Below, in pieces: positions 1 to 13,900 of a stretch of 64,000 bases of DNA. Source of the stretch: Eledone cirrhosa (taxonomy: Eukaryota); contig OZ024744.1 of NCBI GenBank assembly GCA_964016885.1, forward strand, positions 24,490,001 through 24,554,000, in the 5' to 3' direction. The notes under the pieces were generated by a model. That model did not search any database. It was not told the DNA's origin and worked only from the letters and a program-made list of their open reading frames with translations. Position 1 is the first letter of the stretch. Each line of letters starts with the position of its first letter. The position numbers and the translations under genes were made by a program.

Positions 1-3000
1 TTAACAACAGTTGAATCTTAAGAACTGACTCGTTTTAACAACACTTGTGACTTATGATAAAACTCGTTTTACCAACAGTTGAATCTTATGATAAAACTCG
101 TTTTAACAACAGTTGCATTTTAAGATCAAACAACAGTTGAATCTTAAGAACTGACTCGTTTTAACAACAGTTGAATCTTAAGAGAAAATTCGTTTTAACA
201 ACAGCTAAATCTTAAGAACTGACTCGTTTTAACAACAGTTGAATCTTATGATAACACTCGTGTTAACAACAGTTGCATTTTAAGTTAAAACTGGTTTTAA
301 CAACAGTTGAATCTTAAGAACTGACTCGTTTTAACAACAGTTGAATCTTAAGATAAAACTCGTTTTAACAACAGTTGAATATTAAGATAAGACTCTTATA
401 ACAACAGTTGATTCTTAAGAAATTACTCGTTTTTACAACAGTTGAATCTTAAGAACTGACTCGTTTCAACAACAGTTGAATCTTAAGAACTGACTTGTTT
501 TAACAACAGTTGAATCTAAGAACTGACTCGTTTTAACAACAGTTGCATTTTAAGATAAAACTGGTTCTTACAACAGTTGAATCTGAAGAACTGACTCGTT
601 TTCACAACAGTTGAATCATAAGAACTGATTCGTTTTAACAACAGTTGAATCTTATGATAAAACTCGTTTTAACAACACTTGCATTTTAAGATCAAACTGG
701 TTTTAACAACAGTTGAATCTTAAGAACTGACTCGTTTTAACAACAGTTGAATCTTTAGAACAGTTTCGTTTTAATAACAGTTGAATCTTAAAATAAACTG
801 GTTTTAACACCAGTTGAATCTTAAGAAGTGACTCGTTTTAATAACACTTTAATCTTATGATAAAACTCGTTTTAACACCAGTTGAATCTTAAGAACTTAC
901 TCGTTTTAACAACAGTTGAATCTTCAGAGAAAATTCGTTTTAACAACAGCTAAATATTAAGAACTGACTCGTTTTAACAACAGTTGAATCTTATGATAAC
1001 ACTCGTGTTAACAACAGTTGCATTTTAAGTTAAAACTGGTTTTAACAACAGTTGAATGTTAAGAACTGACTCGTTTTAACAACAGTTGAATCTTAAGAGA
1101 AAATTCGTTTTAACAACAGCTGAATCTTAAGAACTGACACTTTTTACCAACAGTTGAATCTCATGATAAAACTCGTTTAACAGTTGCATTTTAAGAGAAA
1201 ACTGGTTTTAACAACAGTTGAATCTTAAGAACTGACTCGTTTTAATAACACTTTAATCTTATGATAAAACTCGTTTTAACAAGAGTTGAATCTTAAGAAC
1301 TGATTCATTTTAACAACAGTTGAATTTTAATATAAAACTTGTTTTAACAACTTTTGAGTATTAAGATAAGACTCGTTATAACAACAGTTGATTCTTAAGA
1401 AATTACTCGTTTTTACAACAGTTGAATCTTAAGATAAAACTCGTTATAACAACAGTTGATTCTTAAGAAATTACTCCTTTTTACAACAGTTGAATCTTAA
1501 GATAAATCTCGTTTTAAGAACAGTTTAATGTTAAGAACTGACTTGTTTTAACAACAGTTGAATCTTAAGAACTGACTCGTTTTAACAACAGTTGCATTTT
1601 AAGATAAAACTGTTTTTTTCAACAGTTGAATCTGAAGAACTGACTCGTTTTCACAACTGTTGAATCTGAAGAACTGACTCGTTTTAAAAATAGTTGAATC
1701 TGAAGAACTGACTCATTTTATCAACAGTTGAATCTGAAGATAAAACTCGTTTTAACAACAGTTGAATCTTAAGAACTCACTCGTTTTAACAACACTTGTA
1801 TCTTATGATAAAACTGGTTTTAACAACAGTTGAAACTTATGATAAAACTCGTTTTAATAACAGTTGCATTTTAAGATAAAACTGGTTTTAACAACAGTTG
1901 AATCTGAAGAACTGACTCGTTTGAACAACAGTTGAATCTTAAGAACTGACTCGTTTTAACAACAGTTGAATCGTAAAATAAAACTCTTTTTAACAACAGT
2001 TGAATCTTAAAATAAATCTGGTTTTAATAACAGTTGAATCTTAAGAACTGACTCGTTTTAAGAACACTTTATTCGCATGATAAAACTCGGTATAACAACA
2101 GTTGATTCTTAAGAAATTACTCGTTTTAACAATAGTTGAATCTTAAGATAAAACTCGTTTTAACAACAGTTGAATCTTAAGAACTGTCTCGTGTTAACAA
2201 CAGTTGAATCTTAAGATAAAATCTGTTTTAACAACAGTTGAAAGTTAAGAACTGACTCGTTTTAACAACAGTTGAATCTTAAGATAAAACTGGTTATAAC
2301 AACAGTTGAATCTTAAGAACTGACTCGTCTTAACAACAGTTGAATCTTAAGAACTGACTCGTTTTAACAACAGTTGAATGTTAAGATAAAACTCGTTTTA
2401 ACAACAGTTGAATCTTAGAACTGACTCGTTTTAACAACAGTTGAATCTTAAATAAAACTCATTATAACAACAGTTGATTCTTAAGAAATTTCTCGTTTTA
2501 ACAACAGTTGAATCTTAAAATAAAACTCGTTTTAACAACAGTTGCATTTTAAGATAAAACTGGTTTTAACAACAGTTGAATCTTAAGAACTGACTCGTTT
2601 TAACAACAGTTTACTCTGAAGAACTGACTCGTTTTAATAACAGTTGAATCTGAAGATAAAACTCGTTTTAACAACAGTTGAATCTTAAGAACTGACTCGT
2701 TTTAACAACACTTGTAACTTATGATAAAACTCGTTTTAACAACAGTTGAACCTTAAGAACTGACTCGTTTTAACAACAGTTGAATTTTAAGATAAAACTC
2801 GTTTTAACAACAGTTGAATATTAAGATAAGACTCGTTATAACAACAGTTGATTCTTAAGAAATTACTCGTTTTAACAACAGTTGAATCTTAAGATAAAAC
2901 TCGTTTTAACAACAGTTGAATCTTAAGACTGACTCGTTTTACCAACAGTTGAATCTAAAGATAAAACTCGTTTTAACAACAGTTGAATCTTAAGACTGAC

Positions 3001-4999
3001 TCGTTTGAACAACAGTTGAATCTTAAGAACTGACTTGTTTTAATAACAGTTGAATCTTAAGATAAAACTCGTTTCAACAACAGTTGAATCTTAAGATAAA
3101 ACTCGTTTTAAGAACAGTTGAAAGTTAAGAATTGACTTGTTTTAACAACAGTTGAATCTTAAGAACTGACTCGTTTTAACAACAGTTGCATTTTAAGATA
3201 AAATTGGTTTTTACAACAGTTGAATCTGAAGAGCTGACTCGTTTAAACAACAGTTGAATCTAAAGAACTGGCTCGTTTTTACAACACTTGTATGTTATGA
3301 TAAAACTCGTTTTAACAAGAGTTGAACCTTAAGAACTGACTCGTTTTAACAACAGTTGAATCTTAAAATAAAACACTTTTTAACAACAGTTGAATCTTAA
3401 AATAAATCTAGTTTTAATAGCAGTTGAATCTTGAGAAGAACTGACTCGTTTTAATATAAGTTGAATCTTAAGATAAAATTCGTTTTAACAACAGCTGAAA
3501 CTAAAGAACTGACTCGTTTTAAGAACACTTTATTCTCATGATAAAACTCGGTATAACAACAGTTGATTCTTAAGAAATTACTCTTTTTAACAATAGTTGA
3601 ATCTTAAGATAAAACTCGTTTCAACAACAGTTGAATCTTGAGAGCTTTCTCGTGTTAACAACAGTTGAATCTTAAGATAAAATCTGTTTTAACAACAGTT
3701 GAAAGTTAAGAACTGACTCGTTTTAATAGCAGTTGAATCTTAAGATAAAACTGGTTATAACAACAGTTGAATCTTAAGAACTGACTCGTCTTAACAACAG
3801 TTGAATCTTAAGAACTGACTCGTTTTAACAACAGATGAATCTTAAGATAAAACTCATTTTAACAACAGTTGAATCTTAAGAACTGATTCGTTTTAACAAC
3901 AGTTGATTCTTAAATAAAACTCGTTTTAACAACAGTTGAATCTTAAGAACTGACTCGTTTTAACAACAGTTGAATCTTAAGTGAAAATTCGTTTTAACAA
4001 CAGCTGAATCTTAAGAACTGACTGTTTTAACAACAGTTGAATCTTATGATAAAGCTCGTTTTAATAACACTTTAATCTTAAGATAAAACTCGTTTTAACA
4101 ACAGTCGAAACGTATGATAAAACTCGTTTTAACAACAGTTGCATTTTAAGATAAAACTGGTTTTAACAACAGTTGAATCTTAAGAACTGACTCTTTTTAA
4201 TAACACTTTAATCTTATGATAAAACTCGTTTTAACAACAGTTGAATTTTAAGAACTGACTCGTTTTAACAACAGTTGAATTTTAAGATAAAACTCGTTTT
4301 AACAACAGTTGAATCTTAAGAACTGACTCGTTTTAACAACACTTGTAACTTATGATAAAAGTCGTTTTAACAACAGTTGAACCTTAAGAACTGACTCGTT
4401 TTTACGACAGTTGAATCTTAAGAGAAAATTCGTTTTAACAACAGTCGAATCTTACGAAATGTCTGGTTTTAACAACAGTTGAATTTTATGATAAAACTCG
4501 ATTTAACAACAGTTGCATTTTAAGATAAAACTAGTTTTAACAACAGTTGAATCTTAAGAACTGACTCGCTTTAACAACAGTTGAATCTGAAGAACTGACT
4601 CGTTTTAACAACAGTTGAATCTTAATAGATAATCCGTTTTAACAACAGCTGAATCTTATGATAACACTCGTTTTAAAAACAGTTGAATCGTAAGAACTGA
4701 TTCTTTTTAATAACAGTTGAGTCTGAAGAACTGACTCATTTTAACAACAGTTGAATCTGAAGAACTGACTCGTTTTATCAACTGTTGAATCTTAAGATAA
4801 AACTCGTTTTAACAACTGTTGCATCTTAAGAACTGGCTCGTTTTTACAACACTTGTATCTTATGATAAAGCTCGTTTTAACAACAGTTGATCCTTAAGAA
4901 CTAACTCGTTTTAACAACAGTTGAATCTTAAAGTAAAGCTCGTTTTAAGAACAGTCGAATCTTAAGAACTGTCTCGTTTTAACAACAGTTGAATCTGAA

Positions 5000-7900
5000 G
5001 AACTGACTCGTTTTAACAACAGTTGAATCTGAACATAAAACTCGTTTTAACAACAGTTGAATCTTAAGAACTGACTCGTTTTAACAACACTTGTAACTTA
5101 TGATAAAACTCGTTTTACCAACAGTTGAATCTTATGATAAAACTCGTTTTAACAACAGTTGCATTTTAAGATCAAACTGGTTTTAACAACAGTTGAATCT
5201 TAAGAACTGACTCGTTTTAACAACAGTTGAATCTTTAGAACAGTCTCGTTTTAATAACAGTTGAATCTTAAAATAAACTGGTTTTAACACCAGTTGAATG
5301 TTAAGAACTGACTCGTTTTAATAACACTTTAATCTTATGATAAAACCCGTTTTAACACCAGTTGAATCTTAAGAACTTACTCGTTTTAACAACAGTTGAA
5401 TCTTAAGAGAAAATTCGTTTTAACAACAGCTAAATCTTAAGAACTGACTCGTTTTAACAACAGTTGAATCTTAAGAACTGACTTGTTTTAACAACAGTTG
5501 AATCTAAGAACTGACTCGTTTTAACAACAGTTATATTTTAAGATAAAACTGGTTCTTACAACAGTTGAATCTTAAGAATTGACTCGTTTTAACAACAGTT
5601 GAATCTGAAGAACTGACTCGTTTTATCAACAGTTGAATCTGATGATAAAACTCATTTTAACAACAGTTGAATCTCAAGAACTGACTCGTTTTAACAAAAC
5701 ATGTAACTTATGATAAAACTCGTTTTAACAACAGTTGAGTCTTAAGAAATGACTCGTTTTAACAAGAGTTGAATCTTTAGAACTGAATCGTTTTAATAAC
5801 ACTTTAATCTTAAGATAAAACTCGTTTTAACAACAGTCGAAACGTATGATAAAACTGGTTTTAACAACAGTTGCATTTTAAGATAAAACTCGTTTTAACA
5901 ACAGTTGAATCTTAAGAACTGACTCTTTTTAATAACACTTTAATCTTATGATAAAACTCGTTTTAACAACAGTTGAATCTTAAGAACTGACTCGTTATAA
6001 CAACAGTTGAATTTTAAGATAAAACTCGTTTTAACAACAGTTGAATCTTAAGAAATGACTCGTTTTAACAACACATGTAACTTATGATAAAAGTCGTTTT
6101 AACAACAGTTGAACCTTAAGAACTGACTCGTTTTTACGACAGTTGAATTTTAAGAGAAAATTCGTTTTAACAACAGTCGAATCTTAAGAACTGTCTGGTT
6201 TTAACAACAGTTGAATCTTATGATAAAACTCGATTTAACAACAGTTGCATTTTAAGATAAAACTAGTTTTAACAACAGTTGAATCTTAAGAACTGACTCG
6301 CTTTAACAACAGTTGAATCTGAAGAACTGACTCGTTTTAACAACAGTTGAATCTTAAGATAAAACTCGTTTTAACAACAGTTGAATCTTAAGAACTGACT
6401 CATTTTAACAACAGTTGAATCTTAAGAACTGATTCGTTTTAATAACGGTTGAATCTTAACTTAAAACTCGTCTTAACAATAGTTGAATCTTAAGAAGTGG
6501 CTCGTTTTTACAACACTTGTATCTTATGATAAAACTCGTTTTAAAAAGAGTTGAATCATAAGAACTGATTCGTTTTAACAACAGTTGAGTCTGAAGAACT
6601 GACACGTTTTAACAACAGTTGAATCTGAAGAACTGACTCGTTTTATCAACTGTTGAATCTTAAGATAAAACTCGTTTTAACAACTGTTGAATCTTAAGAA
6701 CTGGCTCGTTTTTACAACACTTGTATCTTATGATAAAACTCGTTTTAACAACAGTTGATCCTTAAGAACTGACTCGTTTTAACAACAGTTGAATCTTAAA
6801 GTAAACTCGTTTTAACAACAGTCGAATCTTAAGAACTGTCTCGTTTTAACAACAGTTGAATCTGAAGAACTGACTCGTTTTAACAACAGTTGAATCTGAA
6901 CATAAAACTCGTTTTAACAACAGTTGAATCTTAAGAACTGACTCGTTTTAACAACACTTGTGACTTATGATAAAACTCGTTTTACCAACAGTTGAATCTT
7001 ATGATAAAACTCGTTTTAACAACAGTTGCATTTTAAGATCAAACAACAGTTGAATCTTAAGAACTGACTCGTTTTAACAACAGTTGAATCTTAAGAGAAA
7101 ATTCGTTTTAACAACAGCTAAATCTTAAGAACTGACTCGTTTTAACAACAGTTGAATCTTATGATAACACTCGTGTTAACAACAGTTGCATTTTAAGTTA
7201 AAACTGGTTTTAACAACAGTTGAATCTTAAGAACTGACTCGTTTTAACAACAGTTGAATCTTAAGATAAAACTCGTTTTAACAACAGTTGAATATTAAGA
7301 TAAGACTCTTATAACAACAGTTGATTCTTAAGAAATTACTCGTTTTTACAACAGTTGAATCTTAAGAACTGACTCGTTTCAACAACAGTTGAATCTTAAG
7401 AACTGACTTGTTTTAACAACAGTTGAATCTAAGAACTGACTCGTTTTAACAACAGTTGCATTTTAAGATAAAACTGGTTCTTACAACAGTTGAATCTGAA
7501 GAACTGACTCGTTTTCACAACAGTTGAATCATAAGAACTGATTCGTTTTAACAACAGTTGAATCTGAAGAACTGACTCGTTTTAACAACAGTTGAATCTG
7601 AAGAACTGACTCGTTTTATCAACTGTTGAATCTTAAGATAAAACTCGTTTAACAACTGTTGAATCTTAAGAACTGGCTCGTTTTTACAACACTTGTATCT
7701 TATGATAAAACTCGTTTTAACAACAGTTGATCCTTAAGAACTGACTCGTTTTAACAATAGTTGAATCTTAAAGTAAAACTCGTTTTAACAACAGTCGAAT
7801 CTTAAGAACTGTCTCGTTTTAATAACAGTTGAATCTGAAGAACTGACTCGTTTTAACAACAGTTGAATCTGAACATAAAAATCGTTTTAACAACAGTTGA

Positions 7901-10900
7901 ATTTTAAGAACTGACTAGTTTTAACAACACTTGTAACTTATGATAAAAGTCGTTTTACCTACAGTTGAATCTTATGATAAAACTCGTTTTAACAACAGTT
8001 GCATTTTAAGTTCAAACTGGTTTTAACAACAGTTGAATCTTTAGAACAGTCTCGTTTTAATAACAGTTGAATCTTAAAATAAACTGGTTTTAACACCAGT
8101 TGAATCTTAAGAACTGACTCGTTTTAATAACACTTTAATCTTATGATAAAACTCGTTTTAACACCAGTTGAATCTTAAGAACTTACTCGTTTTAACAACA
8201 GTTGAATCTTAAGAGAAAATTCGTTTTAACAACAGCTAAATCTTAAGAACTGACTCGTTTTAACAACAGTTGAATCTTATGATAACACTCGTGTTAACAA
8301 CAGTTGCATTTTAAGTTAAAACTGGTTTTAACAACAGTTGAATGTTAAGAACTGACTCGTTTTAACAACAGTTGAATCTTAAGAGAAAATTCGTTTTAAC
8401 AACAGCTGAATCTTAAGAACTGACTCTTTTTAACAACAGTTGAATCTCATGATAAAACTCGTTTAACAGTTGCATTTTAAGAGAAAACTGGTTTTAACAA
8501 CAGTTGAATCTTAAGAACTGACTCGTTTTAATAACACTTTAATCTTATGATAAAACTCGTTTTAACAAGAGTTGAATCTTAAGAACTGACTCGTTTTAAC
8601 AACAGTTGAATTTTAATATAAAACTTGTTTTAACAACTTTTGAGTATTAAGATAAGACTCGTTATAACAACAGTTGATTCTTAAGAAATTACTCGTTTTT
8701 ACAACAGTTGAATCTTAAGATAAAACTCGTTATAACAACAGTTGATTCTTAAGAAATTACTCCTTTTTACAACAGTTGAATCTTAAGATAAATCTCGCTT
8801 TAAGAACAGTTTAATGTTAAGAACTGACTTGTTTTAACAACAGTTGAATCTTAAGAACTGATTCGTTTTAACAACAGTTGCATTTTAAGATAAAACTGGT
8901 TTTTTCAACAGTTGAATCTGAAGAACTGACTCGTTTTCACAACAGTTGAATCTGAAGAACTGACTCGTTTTAACAACAGTTGAATCTGAAGAACTGACTC
9001 GTTTTATCAACAGTTGAATCTGAAGATAAACTCGTTTTAACAACAGTTGAATCTTAAGAACTCACTCGTTTTAACAACACTTGTATCTTATGATAAAACT
9101 GGTTTTAACAACAGTTGAAACTTATGATAAAACTGGTTTTAATAACAGTTGCATTTTAAGATAAAACTGGTTTTAACAACAGTTGAATCTGAAGAACTGA
9201 CTCGTTTGAACAACAGTTGAATCTTAAGAATTGACTCGTTTTAACAACAGTTGATTCTTAAAATAAAACTATTTTTAACAACAGTTGAATCTTAAAATAA
9301 ATCTGGTTTTAATAACAGTTGAATCTTAAGAACTGACTCGTTTTAAGAACACTTTATTCGCATGATAAAACTCGATATAACAACAGTTGATTCTTAAGAA
9401 ATTACTCGTTTTAACAATAGTTGAATCTTAAGATAAAACTCGTTTTAACAACAGTTGAATCTTTAGAACTGAATCGTTTTAATAACAGTTGAATCTTAAA
9501 ATAAAACTCGTTTTAACAACAGTTGAATCTTAAGAACTGTCTCGTGTTAACAACAGTTGAATCTTAAGATAAAATCTGTTTTAACAACAGTTGAAAGTTA
9601 AGAACTGACTCGTTTTAACAACAGTTGAATCTTAAAATAAAAATGGTTATAACAACAGTTGAATCTTAAGAACTGACTCGTCTTAACAACAGTTGAATCT
9701 TAAGAACTGATTCGTGTTAACAACAGATGAATCTTTAGAACAGTCTCATTTTAATAACAGTTGAATCTTAAAATAAACTGGTTTTAACACCAGTTGAATG
9801 TTAAGAACTGACTCGTTTTAATAACACTTTAATCTTATGATAAAACTCGTTTTAACACCAGTTGAATCTTAAGAACTTACTCGTTTTAACAACAGTTGAA
9901 TCTTAAGAGAAAATTCGTTTTAACAACAGCTAAATCTTAAGAACTGACTCGTTTTAACAACAGTTGAATCTTAAGAACTGACTTGTTTTAACAACAGTTG
10001 AACCTTAAGAACTGACTCGTTTTTACGACAGTTGAATCTTAAGAGAAAATTCGTTTTAACAACAGTCGAATCTTACGAAATGTCTGGTTTTAACAACAGT
10101 TGAATTTTATGATAAAACTCGATTTAACAACAGTTGCATTTTAAGATAAAACTAGTTTTAACAACAGTTGAATCTTAAGAACTGACTCGCTTTAACAACA
10201 GTTGAATCTGAAGAACTGACTCGTTTTAACAACAGTTGAATCTTAATAGATAATCCGTTTTAACAACAGCTGAATCTTATGATAACACTCGTTTTAAAAA
10301 CAGTTGAATCGTAAGAACTGATTCTTTTTAATAACAGTTGAGTCTGAAGAACTGACTCATTTTAACAACAGTTGAACCTGAAGAACTGACTCGTTTTATC
10401 AACTGTTGAATCTTAAGATAAAACTCGTTTTAACAACTGTTGCATCTTAAGAACTGGCTCGTTTTTACAACACTTGTATCTTATGATAAAGCTCGTTTTA
10501 ACAACAGTTGATCCTTAAGAACTAACTCGTTTTAACAACAGTTGAATCTTAAAGTAAAGCTCGTTTTAAGAACAGTCGAATCTTAAGAACTGTCTCGTTT
10601 TAACAACAGTTGAATCTGAAGAACTGACTCGTTTTAACAACAGTTGAATCTGAACATAAAACTCGTTTTAACAACAGTTGAATCTTAAGAACTGACTCGT
10701 TTTAACAACACTTGTAACTTATGATAAAACTCGTTTTACCAACAGTTGAATCTTATGATAAAACTCGTTTTAACAACAGTTGCATTTTAAGATCAAACTG
10801 GTTTTAACAACAGTTGAATCTTAAGAACTGACTCGTTTTAACAACAGTTGAATCTTTAGAACAGTCTCGTTTTAATAACAGTTGAATCTTAAAATAAACT

Positions 10901-13900
10901 GGTTTTAACACCAGTTGAATGTTAAGAACTGACTCGTTTTAATAACACTTTAATCTTATGATAAAACCCGTTTTAACACCAGTTGAATCTTAAGAACTTA
11001 CTCGTTTTAACAACAGTTGAATCTTAAGAGAAAATTCGTTTTAACAACAGCTAAATCTTAAGAACTGACTCGTTTTAACAACAGTTGAATCTTAAGAACT
11101 GACTTGTTTTAACAACAGTTGAATCTAAGAACTGACTCGTTTTAACAACAGTTACATTTTAAGATAAAACTGGTTCTTACAACAGTTGAATCTTAAGAAT
11201 TGACTCGTTTTAACAACAGTTGAATCTGAAGAACTGACTCGTTTTATCAACAGTTGAATCTGATGATAAAACTCGTTTTAACAACAGTTGAATCTCAAGA
11301 ACTGACTCGTTTTAACAAAACATGTAACTTATGATAAAACTCGTTTTAACAACAGTTGAGTCTTAAGAAATGACTCGTTTTAACAAGAGTTGAATCTTTA
11401 GAACTGAATCGTTTTAATAACACTTTAATCTTAAGATAAAACTCGTTTTGACAACAGTCGAAACGTATGATAAAACTCGTTTTAACAACAGTTGCATTTT
11501 AAGATAAAACTCGTTTTAACAACAGTTGAATCTTAAGAACTGACTCTTTTTAATAACACTTTAATCTTATGATAAAACTCGTTTTAACAACAGTTGAATC
11601 TTAAGAACTGACTCGTTATAACAACAGTTGAATTTTAAGATAAAACTCGTTTTAACAACAGTTGAATCTTAAGAAATGACTCGTTTTAACAACACATGTA
11701 ACTTATGATAAAAGTCGTTTTAACAACAGTTGAACCTTAAGAACTGACTCGTTTTTACGACAGTTGAATTTTAAGAGAAAATTCGTTTTAACAACAGTCG
11801 AATCTTAAGAACTGTCTGGTTTTAACAACAGTTGAATCTTATGATAAAACTCGATTTAACAACAGTTGCATTTTAAGATAAAACTAGTTTTAACAACAGT
11901 TGAATCTTAAGAACTGACTCGCTTTAACAACAGTTGAATCTGAAGAACTGACTCGTTTTAACAACAGTTGAATCTTAAGATAAAACTCGTTTTAACAACA
12001 GTTGAATCTTAAGAACTGACTCATTTTAACAACAGTTGAATCTTAAGAACTGATTCGTTTTAATAACGGTTGAATCTTAACTTAAAACTCGTCTTAACAA
12101 TAGTTGAATCTTAAGAACTGGCTCGTTTTTACAACACTTGTATCTTATGATAAAACTCGTTTTAAAAAGAGTTGAATCATAAGAACTGATTCGTTTTAAC
12201 AACAGTTGAGTCTGAAGAACTGACACGTTTTAACAACAGTTGAATCTGAAGAACTGACTCGTTTTATCAACTGTTGAATCTTAAGATAAAACTCGTTTTA
12301 ACAACTGTTGAATCTTAAGAACTGGCTCGTTTTTACAACACTTGTATCTTATGATAAAACTCGTTTTAACAACAGTTGATCCTTAAGAACTGACTCGTTT
12401 TAACAACAGTTGAATCTTAAAGTAAACTCGTTTTAACAACAGTCGAATCTTAAGAACTGTCTCGTTTTAACAACAGTTGAATCTGAAGAACTGACTCGTT
12501 TTAACAACAGTTGAATCTGAACATAAAACTCGTTTTAACAACAGTTGAATCTTAAGAACTGACTCGTTTTAACAACACTTGTGACTTATGATAAAACTCG
12601 TTTTACCAACAGTTGAATCTTATGATAAAACTCGTTTTAACAACAGTTGCATTTTAAGATCAAACAACAGTTGAATCTTAAGAACTGACTCGTTTTAACA
12701 ACAGTTGAATCTTAAGAGAAAATTCGTTTTAACAACAGCTAAATCTTAAGAACTGACTCGTTTTAACAACAGTTGAATCTTATGATAACACTCGTGTTAA
12801 CAACAGTTGCATTTTAAGTTAAAACTGGTTTTAACAACAGTTGAATCTTAAGAACTGACTCGTTTTAACAACAGTTGAATCTTAAGATAAAACTCGTTTT
12901 AACAACAGTTGAATATTAAGATAAGACTCTTATAACAACAGTTGATTCTTAAGAAATTACTCGTTTTTACAACAGTTGAATCTTAAGAACTGATTCGTTT
13001 CAACAACAGTTGAATCTTAAGAACTGACTTGTTTTAACAACAGTTTAATCTAAGAACTGACTCGTTTTAACAACAGTTGCATTTTAAGATAAAACTGGTT
13101 CTTACAACAGTTGAATCTGAAGAACTGACTCGTTTTCACAACAGTTGAATCATAAGAACTGATTCGTTTTAACAACAGTTGAATCTGAAGAACTGACTCG
13201 TTTTAACAACAGTTGAATCTGAAGAACTGACTCGTTTTATCAACTGTTGAATCTTAAGATAAAACTCGTTTAACAACTGTTGAATCTTAAGAACTGGCTC
13301 GTTTTTACAACACTTGTATCTTATGATAAAACTCGTTTTAACAACAGTTGATCCTTAAGAACTGACTCGTTTTAACAATAGTTGAATCTTAAAGTAAAAC
13401 TCGTTTTAACAACAGTCGAATCTTAAGAACTGTCTCGTTTTAATAACAGTTGAATCTGAAGAACTGACTCGTTTTAACAACAGTTGAATCTGAACATAAA
13501 AATCGTTTTAACAACAGTTGAATTTTAAGAACTGACTAGTTTTAACAACACTTGTAACTTATGATAAAAGTCGTTTTACCTACAGTTGAATCTTATGATA
13601 AAACTCGTTTTAACAACAGTTGCATTTTAAGTTCAAACTGGTTTTAACAACAGTTGAATCTTTAGAACAGTCTCGTTTTAATAACAGTTGAATCTTAAAA
13701 TAAACTGGTTTTAACACCAGTTGAATCTTAAGAACTGACTCGTTTTAATAACACTTTAATCTTATGATAAAACTCGTTTTAACACCAGTTGAATCTTAAG
13801 AACTTACTCGTTTTAACAACAGTTGAATCTTAAGAGAAAATTCGTTTTAACAACAGCTAAATCTTAAGAACTGACTCGTTTTAACAACAGTTGAATCTTA

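Noticed and set aside
5635-5660. CTGATGA in a satellite variant as a hammerhead or snoRNA box
   Set aside because: It is a point variant of CTTAAGA/CTTATGA with no stem II-GAAA partner.
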